Shown here in pieces: positions 34,494-46,875 of a stretch of 64,000 nt of DNA (position 1 is the first letter of the stretch; every line of letters starts with the position of its first letter). The stretch lies in contig NIVC01001133.1 in NCBI GenBank assembly GCA_002269645.1, positions 47,303 to 111,302 on the forward strand, written 5' to 3'. The stretch is from Macrostomum lignano (lineage: Eukaryota). Position numbers and translations under genes: made by a program. The notes beneath the pieces are model-generated. The model had not been told where the DNA came from and did no database searches. It saw only the letters and a program-made list of their open reading frames with translations.

Positions 34494-37400
34494 GGATTGT
34501 TTGATTGATGGATTGGCTAATTGATTGATGGATTGATTCGATCGATTGATCGATTAGTTGATTGATTGGCTGATTGAATGATTAAGTGATTGATTGATGG
34601 CTTGATTGATTGGTTCATTGATTGGCTGATTGTTCAAATAATTGATTGATTGATAAATTAGTTGATTGATTGATAGATGGATAGATTAATATACTGGTTG
34701 AGAGATCGATATACGACATGGCTGATTGGCATACATCATAATTGATGTATAAATCATAGCTAGAAAAAGCAAGTTTAGCAGCAAAAGCACACGGCAATAT
34801 GAGAACCCCTCACCTCCATATTGGCCATAACCAACTTCTTAGCTTCTTCAATCTCCGCGGCAACCAATTTGCAGACCTCCTCATCAAGATACTTCATACC
34901 GTAGGGACCGATCAGTTCGGCGAGAGCGCAGATCTCGTTATAATCAGCGTACTCTTCAATAGGGAACGGCTGGTTGGGGTCCATCATGAGGAAACTCTTG
35001 AACCTGGGACTGTAGATCACCCTAGGCGAGTCGGCAACCACCTTAGGCAGCAGGGCACCGCAGTACCAAGCTATGTAGTTGTGCGTGATGGTCTGGTCAC
35101 CGCGCCAGCTGTCTCTGAGCTGGGTCTGCTGCAACAGCACCATGTTGAACACCCGAGGCAGGTCCAATGTCATGAAACAGTCCAGATCTTGGAGCACACC
35201 TAGAGACGCTTTTAAACAGCTCAACAGTTCCGAGGGTTTAGCGATCTCTTCCCGTTCGGCATTGTACATCTGGCTGGCAACGATAGTTTTACAGAACTTC
35301 TGTTCCAATTCAGCAGTCAGAACCTCTCTGGGCACGATGGATCGGTATTGAAAATTGACAGTTCGGCAGTTGTGCAGGGAGCAGCACAGCTCGCTCAGTG
35401 CCATGCGGTATTTGTCAATAGAGGTCATGTTCTCTCGGCGCTTTCGCTGCGACTCCGTGCCGGGAACTTCGGCGGCCGCGGCTGACGCCAACGCCGCTGC
35501 GGCTGCGTGTGGCGAAACGATCGTTTTGTTTTAACAAATAAGGGATATGTTGCCATGCAGATGAGTTCCAATTCTATTGCTGCAATACCCATGGCATTGA
35601 AATGCTAGTAGAGATCGTTGCTAAGCTAGTAGAAGCCGTTGTTATGGCGTAAAAAACCGTTGCTATGCTAGTAGAACATGTTGCTATGGTGTAAAATCCG
35701 GTGCTATGGTAGTAGAACCCGTTTCTATGCTAGTAGAGCCCGTTACTATGCTAGTAGAGCCCGCTGCTATGCTATTAGAACCCGTTGCTATGCTATTAGA
35801 ACCCGTTGCTAAGCTATTAGAACCCGTTACTATGCTATTAGAACCCGTTGCTATACTATTAGAACCAGTTGCTATGCTATTAGAACCCGTTGCTATTGTA
35901 GAGATCTCCAGAGGCATTACAAGCAGACTACTGTAAGTAGTAACATAAAAATGCGAAAAACTTGAATGTTGTAAAAACTGCAAATTGTCACACTCTATTT
36001 TTAAAGACCACGAAAGCAACAAATGACCATCTTTTGCAACACTTAAATTTAGAACTCCGAATATGGTATTGACGCTCAAACCTAATGTATTCCATAGGGG
36101 CCAAATTTCCAAAGCGCTAAACTGTCACCTACTAAAAATAAGCTGTTTCTCAATAATTTTTCCTATAAATACAAGCCAAAATCCGAGCTAAAAATCTCAG
36201 ACTCGGAGCAGCCTCAAAAGATCTTGGGACTCGGAGCAGCCTCTAAAGATCTTGGAGCTGCTGGAACAGCTAAGCGAGGCTACATCTCTGAGAGAGAAGT
36301 AAACCAATTGGTGAACCGTTGCTCGAGCCTTTGTTATTGATTTTGAGAGCGATTTATTGCCGGCCGCTACTGTCCAGTCGTTTGGACTGAGATCATTGAA
36401 TTTGAGGCCTCCCATTTTCCTAAGGGATTGGATAGGATCTGCGGACCGATTCCGATACCCTTAGAGGATTATCGATTGATTGATTTTGGTTATCCTAGAT
36501 TAACCGATAGGAGCACACGACTCCGATTCCGTTAGATCTAGAAGAAGACGCCCCTCTTGGAGGTCCTCGTGATTATTACAGAAGTTGATTTTATTACAAA
36601 GGCGCATCGTTGATATTGATTACTGAGCTTAAGGCCTATATTGATTTGCATTCGAGAAATACTGCGACGTCGCCTGATTTGATCGTCACGCTCTCATTCG
36701 GCCGATTCGAGACTTCAAGAAGATTCCTCCGGAGAAGAAGAAGATTAGAAGAAACGAGCTCGGAGAACCTGCACTACACAGAAGAGGAGCCCGCAACAGT
36801 AAGTGATCACTTTATTTTGTTCCCAGGCTTAAGTGTCTGGAAGTGGGAGTTTTCGGGAGACTGATCACCTCCCGAATCAACTCTTCACTATGCTATTAGA
36901 ACCCGTTGCTATGCTATTAGAACCCGTTGCTATGCTATTAGAACCCGTTGCTATGCTATTAGAACCCGTTGCTTGCTATTAGCAGTGGCGTAGCCAGGTG
37001 GGGTTGGGCGCGGCGGATACCAAAAACCAGGAGGCAATTGAGTGCCTGCGGCGCCGAAATAAGTGCCTGCGGCGCCAAAATGAGCACCTACGGCGCCAAG
37101 TGGCAATGGCATGAGGCATGGCCAGCCAAAGCAACCCGTCCCTCCCCAATTGAAATTCCTGGCTACGCCACTGGCTATTAGAACCCGTTGCTATGCTATT
37201 AGAACCCGTTGCTATGCTATTAGAACCCGTTGCTATGCTATTAGAACCCGTTGCTATGCTATTAGAACCCGTTGCTATGCTATTAGAACCCGTTGCTATG
37301 CTATTAGAACCCGTTGCTATGCTATGTTAATAGCATACAGAATAGCATTGAAAATTAAAATTCACCCCAAGCGGGCTAATTAAAAGTACACGCTCACCTT

Positions 37401-40400
37401 GACTTTTCTTGCCGGCATTAGGCGCAGGCAGCGGCATCATTTTAATGGCGGCCATTTTCGGCAGCAGCCGATAGCTCAGCTGAGTCTGCTCCTCAAACAC
37501 GCATATTACTAATTGAATAATCTCGTGACAGATATTGCGAACAAAGGAGAGAGCCCGTTCGAAAGCTCGCTCGGCAACTAGGGCGGTCTCCTCCGGGCAG
37601 AGCGGGTGGGTCAGCGTGGTGTAGTGAGTGCAGATCTGGGGGAACACGGTGATGTACCTGTGCTGAGCCGGGAATTCGATGTTCAAATTGAACATTTGAA
37701 TTAGGAAATCGTCGTAGAAGAAGAACAGATGCAGCGACGAAGTCTCGGCCAGGACGCCGTCCAGATCGTCGATGAGGCGAGTGTGAAAAGCGGCGCTGTT
37801 CATATGCTTGGCGAACGGGTCGCACTCGCGGATGCTGGGCACCCCGCTGCTGGAACTGAGCTTGGCCTGAAGGCGGAGCCAATCGATGCGGACGTCCGAC
37901 AGTTGGATTGGCTCTTTGTCTTCGACCTGGCGATGAAGGGGGGACAGATGGAGAAGGAAGTGAATGTTTTTTGAGCATTCAATCCAAGGTTCAATTGTTA
38001 TGCAGCTAGGACTGGCTGCTATATGGGGTGAGGATCTGCTGCTATGGAGTAAGGACCTGTTGCTATGGGGTAAGGATTTGTTGCTATGGGGTAAGGATTT
38101 GTTGCTATAGGGTAAGGATTTGTTGCTATGGAGTGAGGACCTGTTGCTATGGAGTAAGGACCTGTTGCTATGGGATAAGGACATGTTGCTATGGAGCAAC
38201 AATCTGTTGCTATGGGGTAAGGATTTGTTGCTATGGAGTGAGGACCTGTTGCTATGGAGTAAGGACCTGTTGCTATGGAGTAAGGTCATGTTGCTATGGG
38301 GTAAGGACCTGTTGCTATGGTGTAAGGATTTGTTGCTATGGCGTAAGGATCTGTTGCTATGGTGTAAGGACCTTTTGCTATGGAGTAAGGTCATGTTGCT
38401 ATGGAGTGAGGACCTGTTGCTATGGCGTAAGGTCATGTTGCTATGGAGTAAGGACCTGTTGCTATGGAGTAAGGTCATGTTGCTATGGAGTAAGGACCTG
38501 TTGCTATAGAGTAAGGTCATGTTGCTATGGAGTAAGGTCATGTTGCTATGGTGTAAGGATATGTTGCTATGGGGTAAGGATTTATTGATATTCGGTGAGG
38601 ATCAGTTGCTATGGCGTAAGAATATGTTGCCATGGTAGAAGTAACTGTTGCTATGGCGTAAAGACCGGTTGCTATAGCGTAAGGACCAGTTGCTAAGGTG
38701 TAAGGATCTGTTTCTATGGCATGAGGACCTGTTGCAATGATGCTAACTGCTGTTTGCATCATAATGCTGTTTAGAGACAAGGAACTGTTGTATGAGGACA
38801 TGCTGTATAAGATACAGGCTAACTATTAGATACACAACTATTAGAATTTTACCTGTTTCACGGTGAGACTACTCAATTTCTGCAGCACATCCGACAGCAT
38901 TGATGCATCCTCCTCCATCAGGGTGCTCCCCAAGGCGCCTTTCAGTTCGCGTTCGAGCAGCACGCTGTCCCAGTTGATCAGAGTTTGCACGTTGAATCGT
39001 TGAATCACCTTTGGAGAAACAGACGAATCTCATTATAACAAAACAGACGAATCTCACTATAACAAAACAGACGAATCTCACTATAACAAAACACACGAAT
39101 CTCATTATAACAAAACAGACGAATCTCATTATAACAAAACACACGAATCTCACTATAACAAAACACACGAATCTCACTATAACAAAACACACGAATCTCA
39201 CTATAACAAAACACACGAATCTCATTATAACAAAACAGACGAATCTCATCATAACAAAACAGACGAATCTCATTATAACAAAACAGACGAATCTCATTAT
39301 AACAAAACACACGAATCTCATCATAACAAAACAGACGAATCTCATTATAACAAAACAGACGAATCTCATTATAACAAAACAGACGAATCTCATTATAACA
39401 AAACAGACGAATCTCACTATAACAAAACACACGAATCTCACTATAACAAAACACACGAATCTCACTATAACAAAACACACGAATCTCATTATAACAAAAC
39501 AGACGAATCTCATCATAACAAAACAGACGAATCTCATTATAACAAAACAGACGAATCTCATTATAACAAAACACACGAATCTCATCATAACAAAACAGAC
39601 GAATCTCATTATAACAAAACAGACGAATCTCATTATAACAAAACAGACGAATCTCATTATAACAAAACAGACGAATCTCATTATAACAAAACAGACGAAT
39701 CTCATTATAACAAAACAGACGAATCTCACTATAACAAAACAGACGAATCTCATCATAACAAAACAGACGAATCTCATTATAACAAAACAGACGAATCTCA
39801 TTATAACAAAACAGACGAATCTCATCATAACAAAACAGACGAATCTCACTATAACAAAACAGACGAATCTCATTATAACAAAACACACGAATCTCATTAA
39901 CAAAACAGACGAATCTCATTATAACAAAACAGACGAATCTCATTATAACAAAACAGACGAATCTCACTATAACAAAACAGACGAATCTCACTATAACAAA
40001 ACAGACGAATCTCATTATAACAAAACAGACGAATCTCATTATAACAAAACACACGAATCTCATTATAACAAAACAGACGAATCTCATTATAACAAAACAC
40101 ACGAATCTCATTATAACAAAACACACGAATCTCATTATAACAAAACAGACGAATCTCATCATATCAAAACAGACGAATCTCACTATAACAAAACAGACGA
40201 ATCTCATTATAACAAAACACACGAATCTCATTAACAAAACAGACGAATCTCATTATAACAAAACAGACGAATCTCATTATAACAAAACACACGAATCTCA
40301 TTATAACAAAACAGACGAATCTCATTATAACAAAACAGACGAATCTCATTATAACAAAACAGACGAATCTCATTATAACAAAACACACGAATCTCACTAT

Positions 40401-43400
40401 AACAAAACACACGAATCTCATCATAACAAAACACACGAATCTCATCATAACAAAACACACGAATCTCATCATAACAAAACAGACGAATCTCATTATAACA
40501 AAACACACGAATCTCATTATAACAAAACAGACGAATCTCATTATAACAAAACACACGAATCTCATTATAACAAAACAGACGAATCTCATTATAACAAAAC
40601 AGACGAATCTCACTATAACAAAACAGACGAATCTCACTATAACAAAACAGACAAGTCCCAGCCTCACCTGGTGATACTTCCTAACCAGCTGCCTCAGCTC
40701 CTCCATGTGATAGATGAACTCAGGCAGGAACCTGTCCTGCATGCTGTCACCAGCATTCTGTCCGGCCTTCTGACGCAACTTGCCCGCTCCCGACGGGTGA
40801 ACACCGTGACGAAGAAACCAGAGAACCTCGTCGCGACAATAGGACAGCGTCATCAACAGGTAGAGCACCTTGGGACCCAGCAGGCCAGGCTGATCAGAGA
40901 ATATCAGGCAGAGCTCTTTGAGTATGTTTCGCAAATATTTCCGGCGCTCCCTGTGCACCTCGGGTCCCTGCTGGCAGACCTGCGTGTGCCACTCCTTCAC
41001 TTCGTTCACTCGACGACTGTAGTTGCGAATTGTGTCAAAGAAGCTGATGATGAAGCTGTGAGTCTGGATCACCTGGAATTTGATGCGGGATTTTAAAAAA
41101 GCTAGATTTGAAGGAGCATTTTTATTTGCTATAATGGGGATTGGGAATCTTACGTATTACATGTACTTATTAAGGTGGGATTAGGGGTATTAGGATGGGG
41201 ATTTGGGGTATTAGGATGGGGATTTGGGGTAGTATGATTGAGATTTGGGGTATTATGATTGGGATTTGGGGTATTATGATTGGGATTTAGGGTATTGTGA
41301 TTGGGATTTAGGGTATTGTGATTGGGATTTAGGGTATTATGATTGGGATTTGGGGTATTGTGATTGGGATTTGGGGTAATTATGATTGGGATTTAGGGTA
41401 TTGTGATTGGGATTTAGGGTATTGTGATTGGGATTTAGGGTATTATAATTGGGATTTAGGGTTTAAAATTGGGATTTAGGGTATTGTGATTGGGATTTAG
41501 GATATTATGATTGGGATTTGGGGTATTATGATTGGGATTTAGGGTATTGTGATTGGGATTTCGGGTATTATGATTGGGATTTGGGGTATTTATTGGGATT
41601 TAGGGTATTTTGATTGGGATTTGGGGTATTGTGATTGAGAATCGGGGTATTATAACGGGGATTTGGGGCATTATGATTGGGGATTGGGGTATTTATTGAG
41701 ATTCGGGGTATTATGACGGGGATTTGGGCATTATGATTGGGGATTGGGGTATTTATTGAGATGGGTATTATGACGGGGATTTGGGGCATTATGATTGGGA
41801 TTTGGGGTATTAAAATGGGAATGTTGGGTTTTAAGAAAGGGCATTTTTTGATAGAGAACTCCTTTAAATATTAATTGGAGTAATGACAGTGAAATTCCAT
41901 CATAATTCTATAATCCAATGCAAACCTGATCTCTATAGAGCGGCAGGACCCAGCTAGAAAGCAGGGCCTGTTTCCACAGATTGAACGGCTCCTCATCATT
42001 GAGCTGCGGGTGGATCACAACGAAACCCAGCACTAGCCAGCGCTCCAGCCGCTCCTGACTGACAACCTCCAGAGCCAAGATGTCGGAGGACAGAGCGTTA
42101 ACCAGCGAGCTGGGCTCTTTCAGCAGCGAAAGAAATTGCACAGCGCGCCAGTTCTCCGCGCGTAGAAAGCGCCGACTGCAGATGCCGCGAAGCGACATCA
42201 GCGCCGGGCAGAGCAGGCGCGAGTGAGGAACGAATTCGTCTTGCAAGCGGCGCATCGTGTGGGTTGGCTGGTCATAGTCCAGCATGAGCTGCGCCAGGCG
42301 GGGGAACTGCTTCTCCTGGATGGGTTGGGGTGAGGATAAAAGGGAATTACAGGGGGAGGATTAGTGCAGAGTGACTCTCATGTGAGGTAAGGATTAGTGC
42401 AGAGTGACTCTCATGTGAGGTAAGGATTAGTGTAGAGTGACTCTCAGGTGAGGATTAAGTGTAGAGTGATTCTCAGGTAGGTGAGGATTAGTGTAGAGTG
42501 ACTCTCAGGTCAGGTGAGGATTAAGTGTAGAGTGACTCTCAGGTGAGGATTAGTGTAGAGTGACTCTCAGGTCAGGTGAGGATTAAGTGTAGAGTGATTC
42601 TCAGGTAGGTGAGGATCAGTGTAGAGTGATTCTCAGGTGAGGTAAGGATTAGTGTAGAGTGACTCTCAGGTCAGGTGAGGATCAGTGTAGAGTGACTCTC
42701 AGGTCAGGTGAGGATCAGTGTAGAGTGACTCTCAGGTGAGGTGAGAATCAGTGTAGAGTGATTCTCAGGTGAGGTAAGGATCAGTGTAGAGTGACTCTCA
42801 GGTGAGGTGAGGATCAGTGTAGAGTGACTCTCAGGTGAGGTGAGGATCAGTGTAGAGTGATTCTCAGGTGAGGTGAGGATCAGTGTAGAGTGACTCTCAG
42901 GTGAGGTGAGGATCAGTGTAGAGTGACTCTCAGGTGAGGTGAGGATCAGTGTAGAGTGACTCTCAGGTGAGGTGAGGATCAGTGTAGAGTGACTCTCAGG
43001 TGAGGTGAGGATCAGTGTAGAGTGACTCTCAGGTGAGGATTAAGTGTAGAGTGATTCTCAGGTGAGGTGAAGATTAGTGTAGAGTGACTCTCAGGTGAGG
43101 ATTAAGTGTAGAGTGATTCTCAGGTAGCTGAGGATTAGTGTAGAGTGACTCACAGGTGAGGTGAGGATTAGAGCAGAGTGACTCTCAGGTGAGGATTAGA
43201 GCAGAGTGACTCTCAGGTGAGGATTAGAGCAGAGTGACTCTCAGGTGAGGATTAGAGCAGAGTGACTCTCAGGTGAGCATTAGTGTAGAGTGACTCTCAG
43301 GTGAGGATTGGTGTAGAGTGACTTATAGGTTAGGATTAGTGTAGAGTGACTCTCAGGTGGGTGAGGATTAGTGTAAAGTGATTCTCAGAGGTGTGCCTAC

Positions 43401-43932
43401 TCGTAGCTCAGAACCTTTCACCTGCACTTACCTGAGCTCCAGTCTTAGACTCCAGACACAGTACATAGATAGCCACTAATAATTTCTTATCTTCAAACTG
43501 GCTAAACATAATCATAGTGGCAATATAATTAGCCACCAGATCTAGATACTGGAAGGTCATCTCAGTGTTCAACTCGGCATTCAGATGAATACCACTGGCA
43601 TCCATCCTAGTTAGCAGTTCAGAAATGTGATCCTTCACGTCAAGGATGTCGAGAAATGCGACATAACAAATAGATAATGTTTTAATGAAGTCTTCGCGTC
43701 GATTAACCAGTGCTGTGAGGTTTGCACTGCCGGAGCGCAGGTCGATGGTTGGAAACCGGCGCAGCAGATCTTTGCAAGCTTTGTCCAGAGTCTTCTCGGA
43801 CAGCAGGTCCGACTTGTAGCGTTTTGACGCCTCCCGGACAAAGTGTAGGCGAGCCATCATACCGTTGAGTCGATCATTGAGGATGTAAAGCTTCTCGCCA
43901 ATCTTCTGTTGGCCTTGCATCATTCGAGACAT
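32581..43932 (-). CDS. NCKAP1: Nck-associated protein 1 (Nap1/Hem; WAVE regulatory complex subunit)
   Basis: Exons 43932-43432, 42315-41926, 41072-40668, 39008-38853, 37926-37398, 35502-34814, 33926-33612, 33015-32581 give 1139 aa in frame. Motifs: KIGEKLYILNDR, HRERRKYLRNILKEL..IFSDQPGLLGPK, PGTES, AEEIAKPSELL, ELIGPYGMKYL, LLEMCFPYALIRQAY. Confidence 0.95.
33190..33605. repeat. Minisatellite, 21-bp unit GAGATAGGAGATAGAAAGGCT, NCKAP1 intron 7
   Basis: About 19 tandem copies. Confidence 0.95.
34065..34690. repeat. Imperfect (GATT)n tetranucleotide array, NCKAP1 intron 6
   Basis: gattgattggct-type units throughout. Confidence 0.93.
35897..36887. mobile_element. Solo LTR (991 bp), probably Gypsy-type
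   Basis: Begins TGTAGAG and ends CTCTTCA (TG...CA with a short inverted repeat). Flanked by a 4-bp duplication CTAT (35893-35896 and 36888-36891) that restores the repeat unit on removal. A TATAAATA box lies near 36164. No coding domain. Confidence 0.72.
36983..37173. mobile_element. MITE (191 bp), hAT-type
   Basis: Perfect 16-bp TIRs CAGTGGCGTAGCCAGG / CCTGGCTACGCCACTG. 8-bp TSD GCTATTAG at 36975-36982 and 37174-37181. Three internal 21-bp repeats. Confidence 0.9.
38025..38720. repeat. Minisatellite, 21-bp unit GTTGCTATGGAGTAAGGACCT, NCKAP1 intron 4
   Basis: About 32 tandem copies. Confidence 0.96.
39017..40652. repeat. Minisatellite, 24-bp unit AACAAAACA(G/C)ACGAATCTCA(T/C)(T/C)AT, NCKAP1 intron 3
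   Basis: About 68 highly homogeneous copies filling almost the whole intron. Confidence 0.98.
41165..41815. repeat. Minisatellite, 21-bp unit GATTGGGATTT(A/G)GGGTATT(G/A)T, NCKAP1 intron 2
   Basis: About 30 tandem copies. Confidence 0.95.
42355..43385. repeat. Minisatellite, 28-33-bp unit AGGAT(C/T)AGTGTAGAGTGACTCTCAGGTG(AGGTG), NCKAP1 intron 1
   Basis: About 32 tandem copies. Confidence 0.96.
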
Positions 43933-44129
43933 GTTGGATTATTATTATTGATATGCTGGTAAGACCGCTCCAATGATATTTCGCATGCATAGATGAGTCA
44001 GTATATTAGCAGAAAGCCGCTCAACAACCAGCATTACTCGAATATTCCGTCAAATCGACTGAAGCTAACAATTATTCATGTATTGTCCTAGACATCCTGG
44101 TAGCCTACAGAGAACTAAAGAAACCCTGG

Positions 44130-44642
44130 GATCTCACGAAAAACCCTGGAACCTCCTGACAAGCACTGGAACCTCCTGACAAGCACTGGAACCTCCTGAC
44201 AAACACTGGAACCTCATGAGAAACTCTGGGACCTCATGAGAAATCTAGGAACCTCATGAGAAACTCTGGGACCTCATGAGAAATCTAGGAACCTCATGAG
44301 AAACTCTGGGACCTCATGAGAAATCTAGGAACCTCATGAGAAACTCTGGGACCTCATGAGAAATCTAGGAACCTCATGAGAAACTCTGGGACCTCATGAG
44401 AAATCTAGGAACCTCATGAGAAATTCTGGGACCTCATGAGAAATCTAGGAACCTCATGAGAAATTCTGGGACCTCATGAGAAATCTAGGAACCTAATGAG
44501 AAACTCTGGGACCTCATGAGAAATCTAGGAACCTCATGAGAAATTCTGGGACCTCATGAGAAATCTAGGAACCTCATGAGAAACTCTGGACCTCATGAGA
44601 AATCTAGGAACCTCATGAGAAACTCTGGGACCTCATGAGAAA
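44130..44642. repeat. Minisatellite, 40-bp dimer of 20-bp subunits (AACCTCATGAGAAACTCTGG / GACCTCATGAGAAATCTAGG), upstream of NCKAP1
   Basis: Subunits alternate A-B from 44210 to 44640. Confidence 0.96.
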
Positions 44643-45254
44643 CCCTTACTTAGGAGACCACTTAACAAACCACAGAACATCTGAATTGAAACATTGAAAC
44701 ATACAAATAAAATGAAAAAAGTTGAAAAAAGTTCATGGATTCACTGCCACACTACTTTAAATAGCATTTTTTACACTTAATAACCAAACTATGCAAATTA
44801 AAAGCAAGTTACTCTGATAAGACACACACGCACCATAAGGCAACCATAACCAGAAATAATTTACACATTACCCACATAAATATCAAACCGAACTTTTATA
44901 CGCTAAATTTAATTTAGCCAAAACTGCATAAGCGGAGTGTAGAAATCTAGAGGGGTTAATACACAGTGTACGAATGTGCACAAGATGAAACAGTCTTGTA
45001 CACGCGCGTAGAAAGGAGAGATGCTTTAACGGAAGATTTTGCAGTGGTACCAAACAACACTAACGGAGACAATTTCTTCTGCTACAAAGAAGCAAATGAA
45101 ATTTGGTGTTGCAGAATTTTGTCAGACAAATACTTTTCAATTCTAACTCAATAAATAACTAAACTGACCAGAAATATTGGAGAATCCTTTATGGTTAGTC
45201 TACAAAATACCTAACTAAAAAGACACATTTAACTAATAGTGCGCGGGGTCTCTT

Positions 45255-46875
45255 AGGTAGTGTCAGGGTCTATTGAGTAGTGTCAGAGTCTCTAACTTTC
45301 TGGAGTAGTGTCAGGATCTCTTGAGTAGTGTCAGGGTCTATTGAGTAGTGTTGGGGTCTCTTGAGTAGTGTCAGGGTCTCTTGAGTAGTGTCAAGGTCTC
45401 TTGAGTAGTGTTAGGATCTATTGAGTAGTGTCAGGGTCTCTTGAGTAGTGTCAAGGTCTCTTGAGTAGTGTTAGGATCTATTGAGTAGTGTCAGGGTCTC
45501 TTGAGTAGTGTTAGGATCTATTGAGTATTGTCATGGTCTATTGAGTAGTGTCAGGGTCTATTGAGTAGTGTTATGATCTATCGAGTAGTGTCAGGGTCTA
45601 TTGAGTAGTGTTAGGATCTATTGAGTAGTGTTAGGATCTATTGAGTAGTGTCAGGGTCTCTTGAGTAGTGTCAAGGTCTCTTGAGTAGTGTTAGGATCTA
45701 TTGAGTAGTGTCAGGGTCTCTTGAGTAGTGTTAGGATCTATTGAGTATTGTCATGGTCTATTGGGTAGTGTCAGGGTCTATTGAGTAGTGTTAGGATCTA
45801 TTGAGTAGTGTTAGGATCTATTGAGTAGTTTCAGGGTCTCTTCAGTAGTGTCAGGGTCTCTTGAGTAGTGTCAAGGTCTCTTGAGTAGTATTAGGATCTA
45901 TTAAGTAGTGTCAGGGTCTCTTGAGTAGTGTCAGGGTCTCTTGAGTAGTGTCAGCGTCTATTGAGTAGTGTTAGGATCTATTGAGCAATGTCAGGGTCTA
46001 TTGAGTAGTGTCAGGGTTTATTGAGTAGTGTTAGGATCTATTGAGTAGTGTCAGGGTCTCTTGAGTAGTGTCAGCGTCTATTGAGTAGTGTTAGGATCTA
46101 TTGAGCAATGTCAGGGTCTATTGAGTAGTGTCAGGGTTTATTGAGTAGTGTTAGGATCTATTGAGTAGTGTCAGGGTCTATTGAGTAGTGTTAGGATCTA
46201 TTGAGTAGTGTTAGGATCTATTGAGTAGTGTTAGGATCTATTGAGTAGTGTCAGAATCTATTGAGTAGTGTTAGGATCTATTGAGTAGTTTCAGGGTCTC
46301 TTCAGTAGTGTCAGGGTCTCTTGAGTAATGTCAAGGTCTCTTGAGTAGTGTCAAGGTCTCTTGAGTAGTGTTAGGATCTATTGAGTAGTGTCAGGGTCTC
46401 TTGAGTAGTGTCAGGGTCTATTGAGTAGTGTTGGGGTCTCTTGAGTAGTTTCAGGGTCTTTTGAGTAGTGTTAGAATCTATTGAGTAGTGTCAGGGTCTC
46501 TTGAGTAGTGTTAGAATCTATTGAGTAGTGTCAGAGTCTCTTGAGTAGTGTCAGGGTCTATTGAGTAGTGTCAGGGTCTCTTGAGTAGTGTTAGGATCTA
46601 TTGAGTAGTGTCAGGGTCTATTGAGTAGTGTTAGGATCTATTGAGTAGTGTCAGGGTCTATTGAGTAGTGTCAGGGTCTATTGAGTAGTGTCAGGGTCTA
46701 TTGAGTAGTGTCAGGGTCTCTTGAGTAGTGTTAGGATCTATTGAGTAGTGTTAGGATCTATTGAGTAGTGTGAGGATCTATTGAGTAGTGTCAGGGTCTC
46801 TTGAGTAGTGTCAGTGTCTCTTGAGTAGTGTCAGGGTCTCTTGAGTAGTGTTAGGATCTATTGAGTAGTGTCAGG
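45255..46875. repeat. Minisatellite, 20-bp unit TTGAGTAGTGT(C/T)AGG(G/A)TCT(A/C), NCOA4-NCKAP1 spacer
   Basis: About 80 copies; stays in register with the 60-nt line width. Confidence 0.97.

Larger units (their letters stand above)
35560..37325. repeat. Minisatellite, 21-bp unit GCTATGCTATTAGAACCCGTT, NCKAP1 intron 5, interrupted by a solo LTR and a MITE
   Basis: The same unit is present at 35640-35896, 36888-36982 and 37174-37325. Confidence 0.95.

Noticed and set aside
38940-39008. Suspected frameshift at the start of NCKAP1 exon 4
   Set aside because: A re-read shows a short direct repeat (GATTCAAC twice). The frame VIQRFNVQTLINWD is intact.
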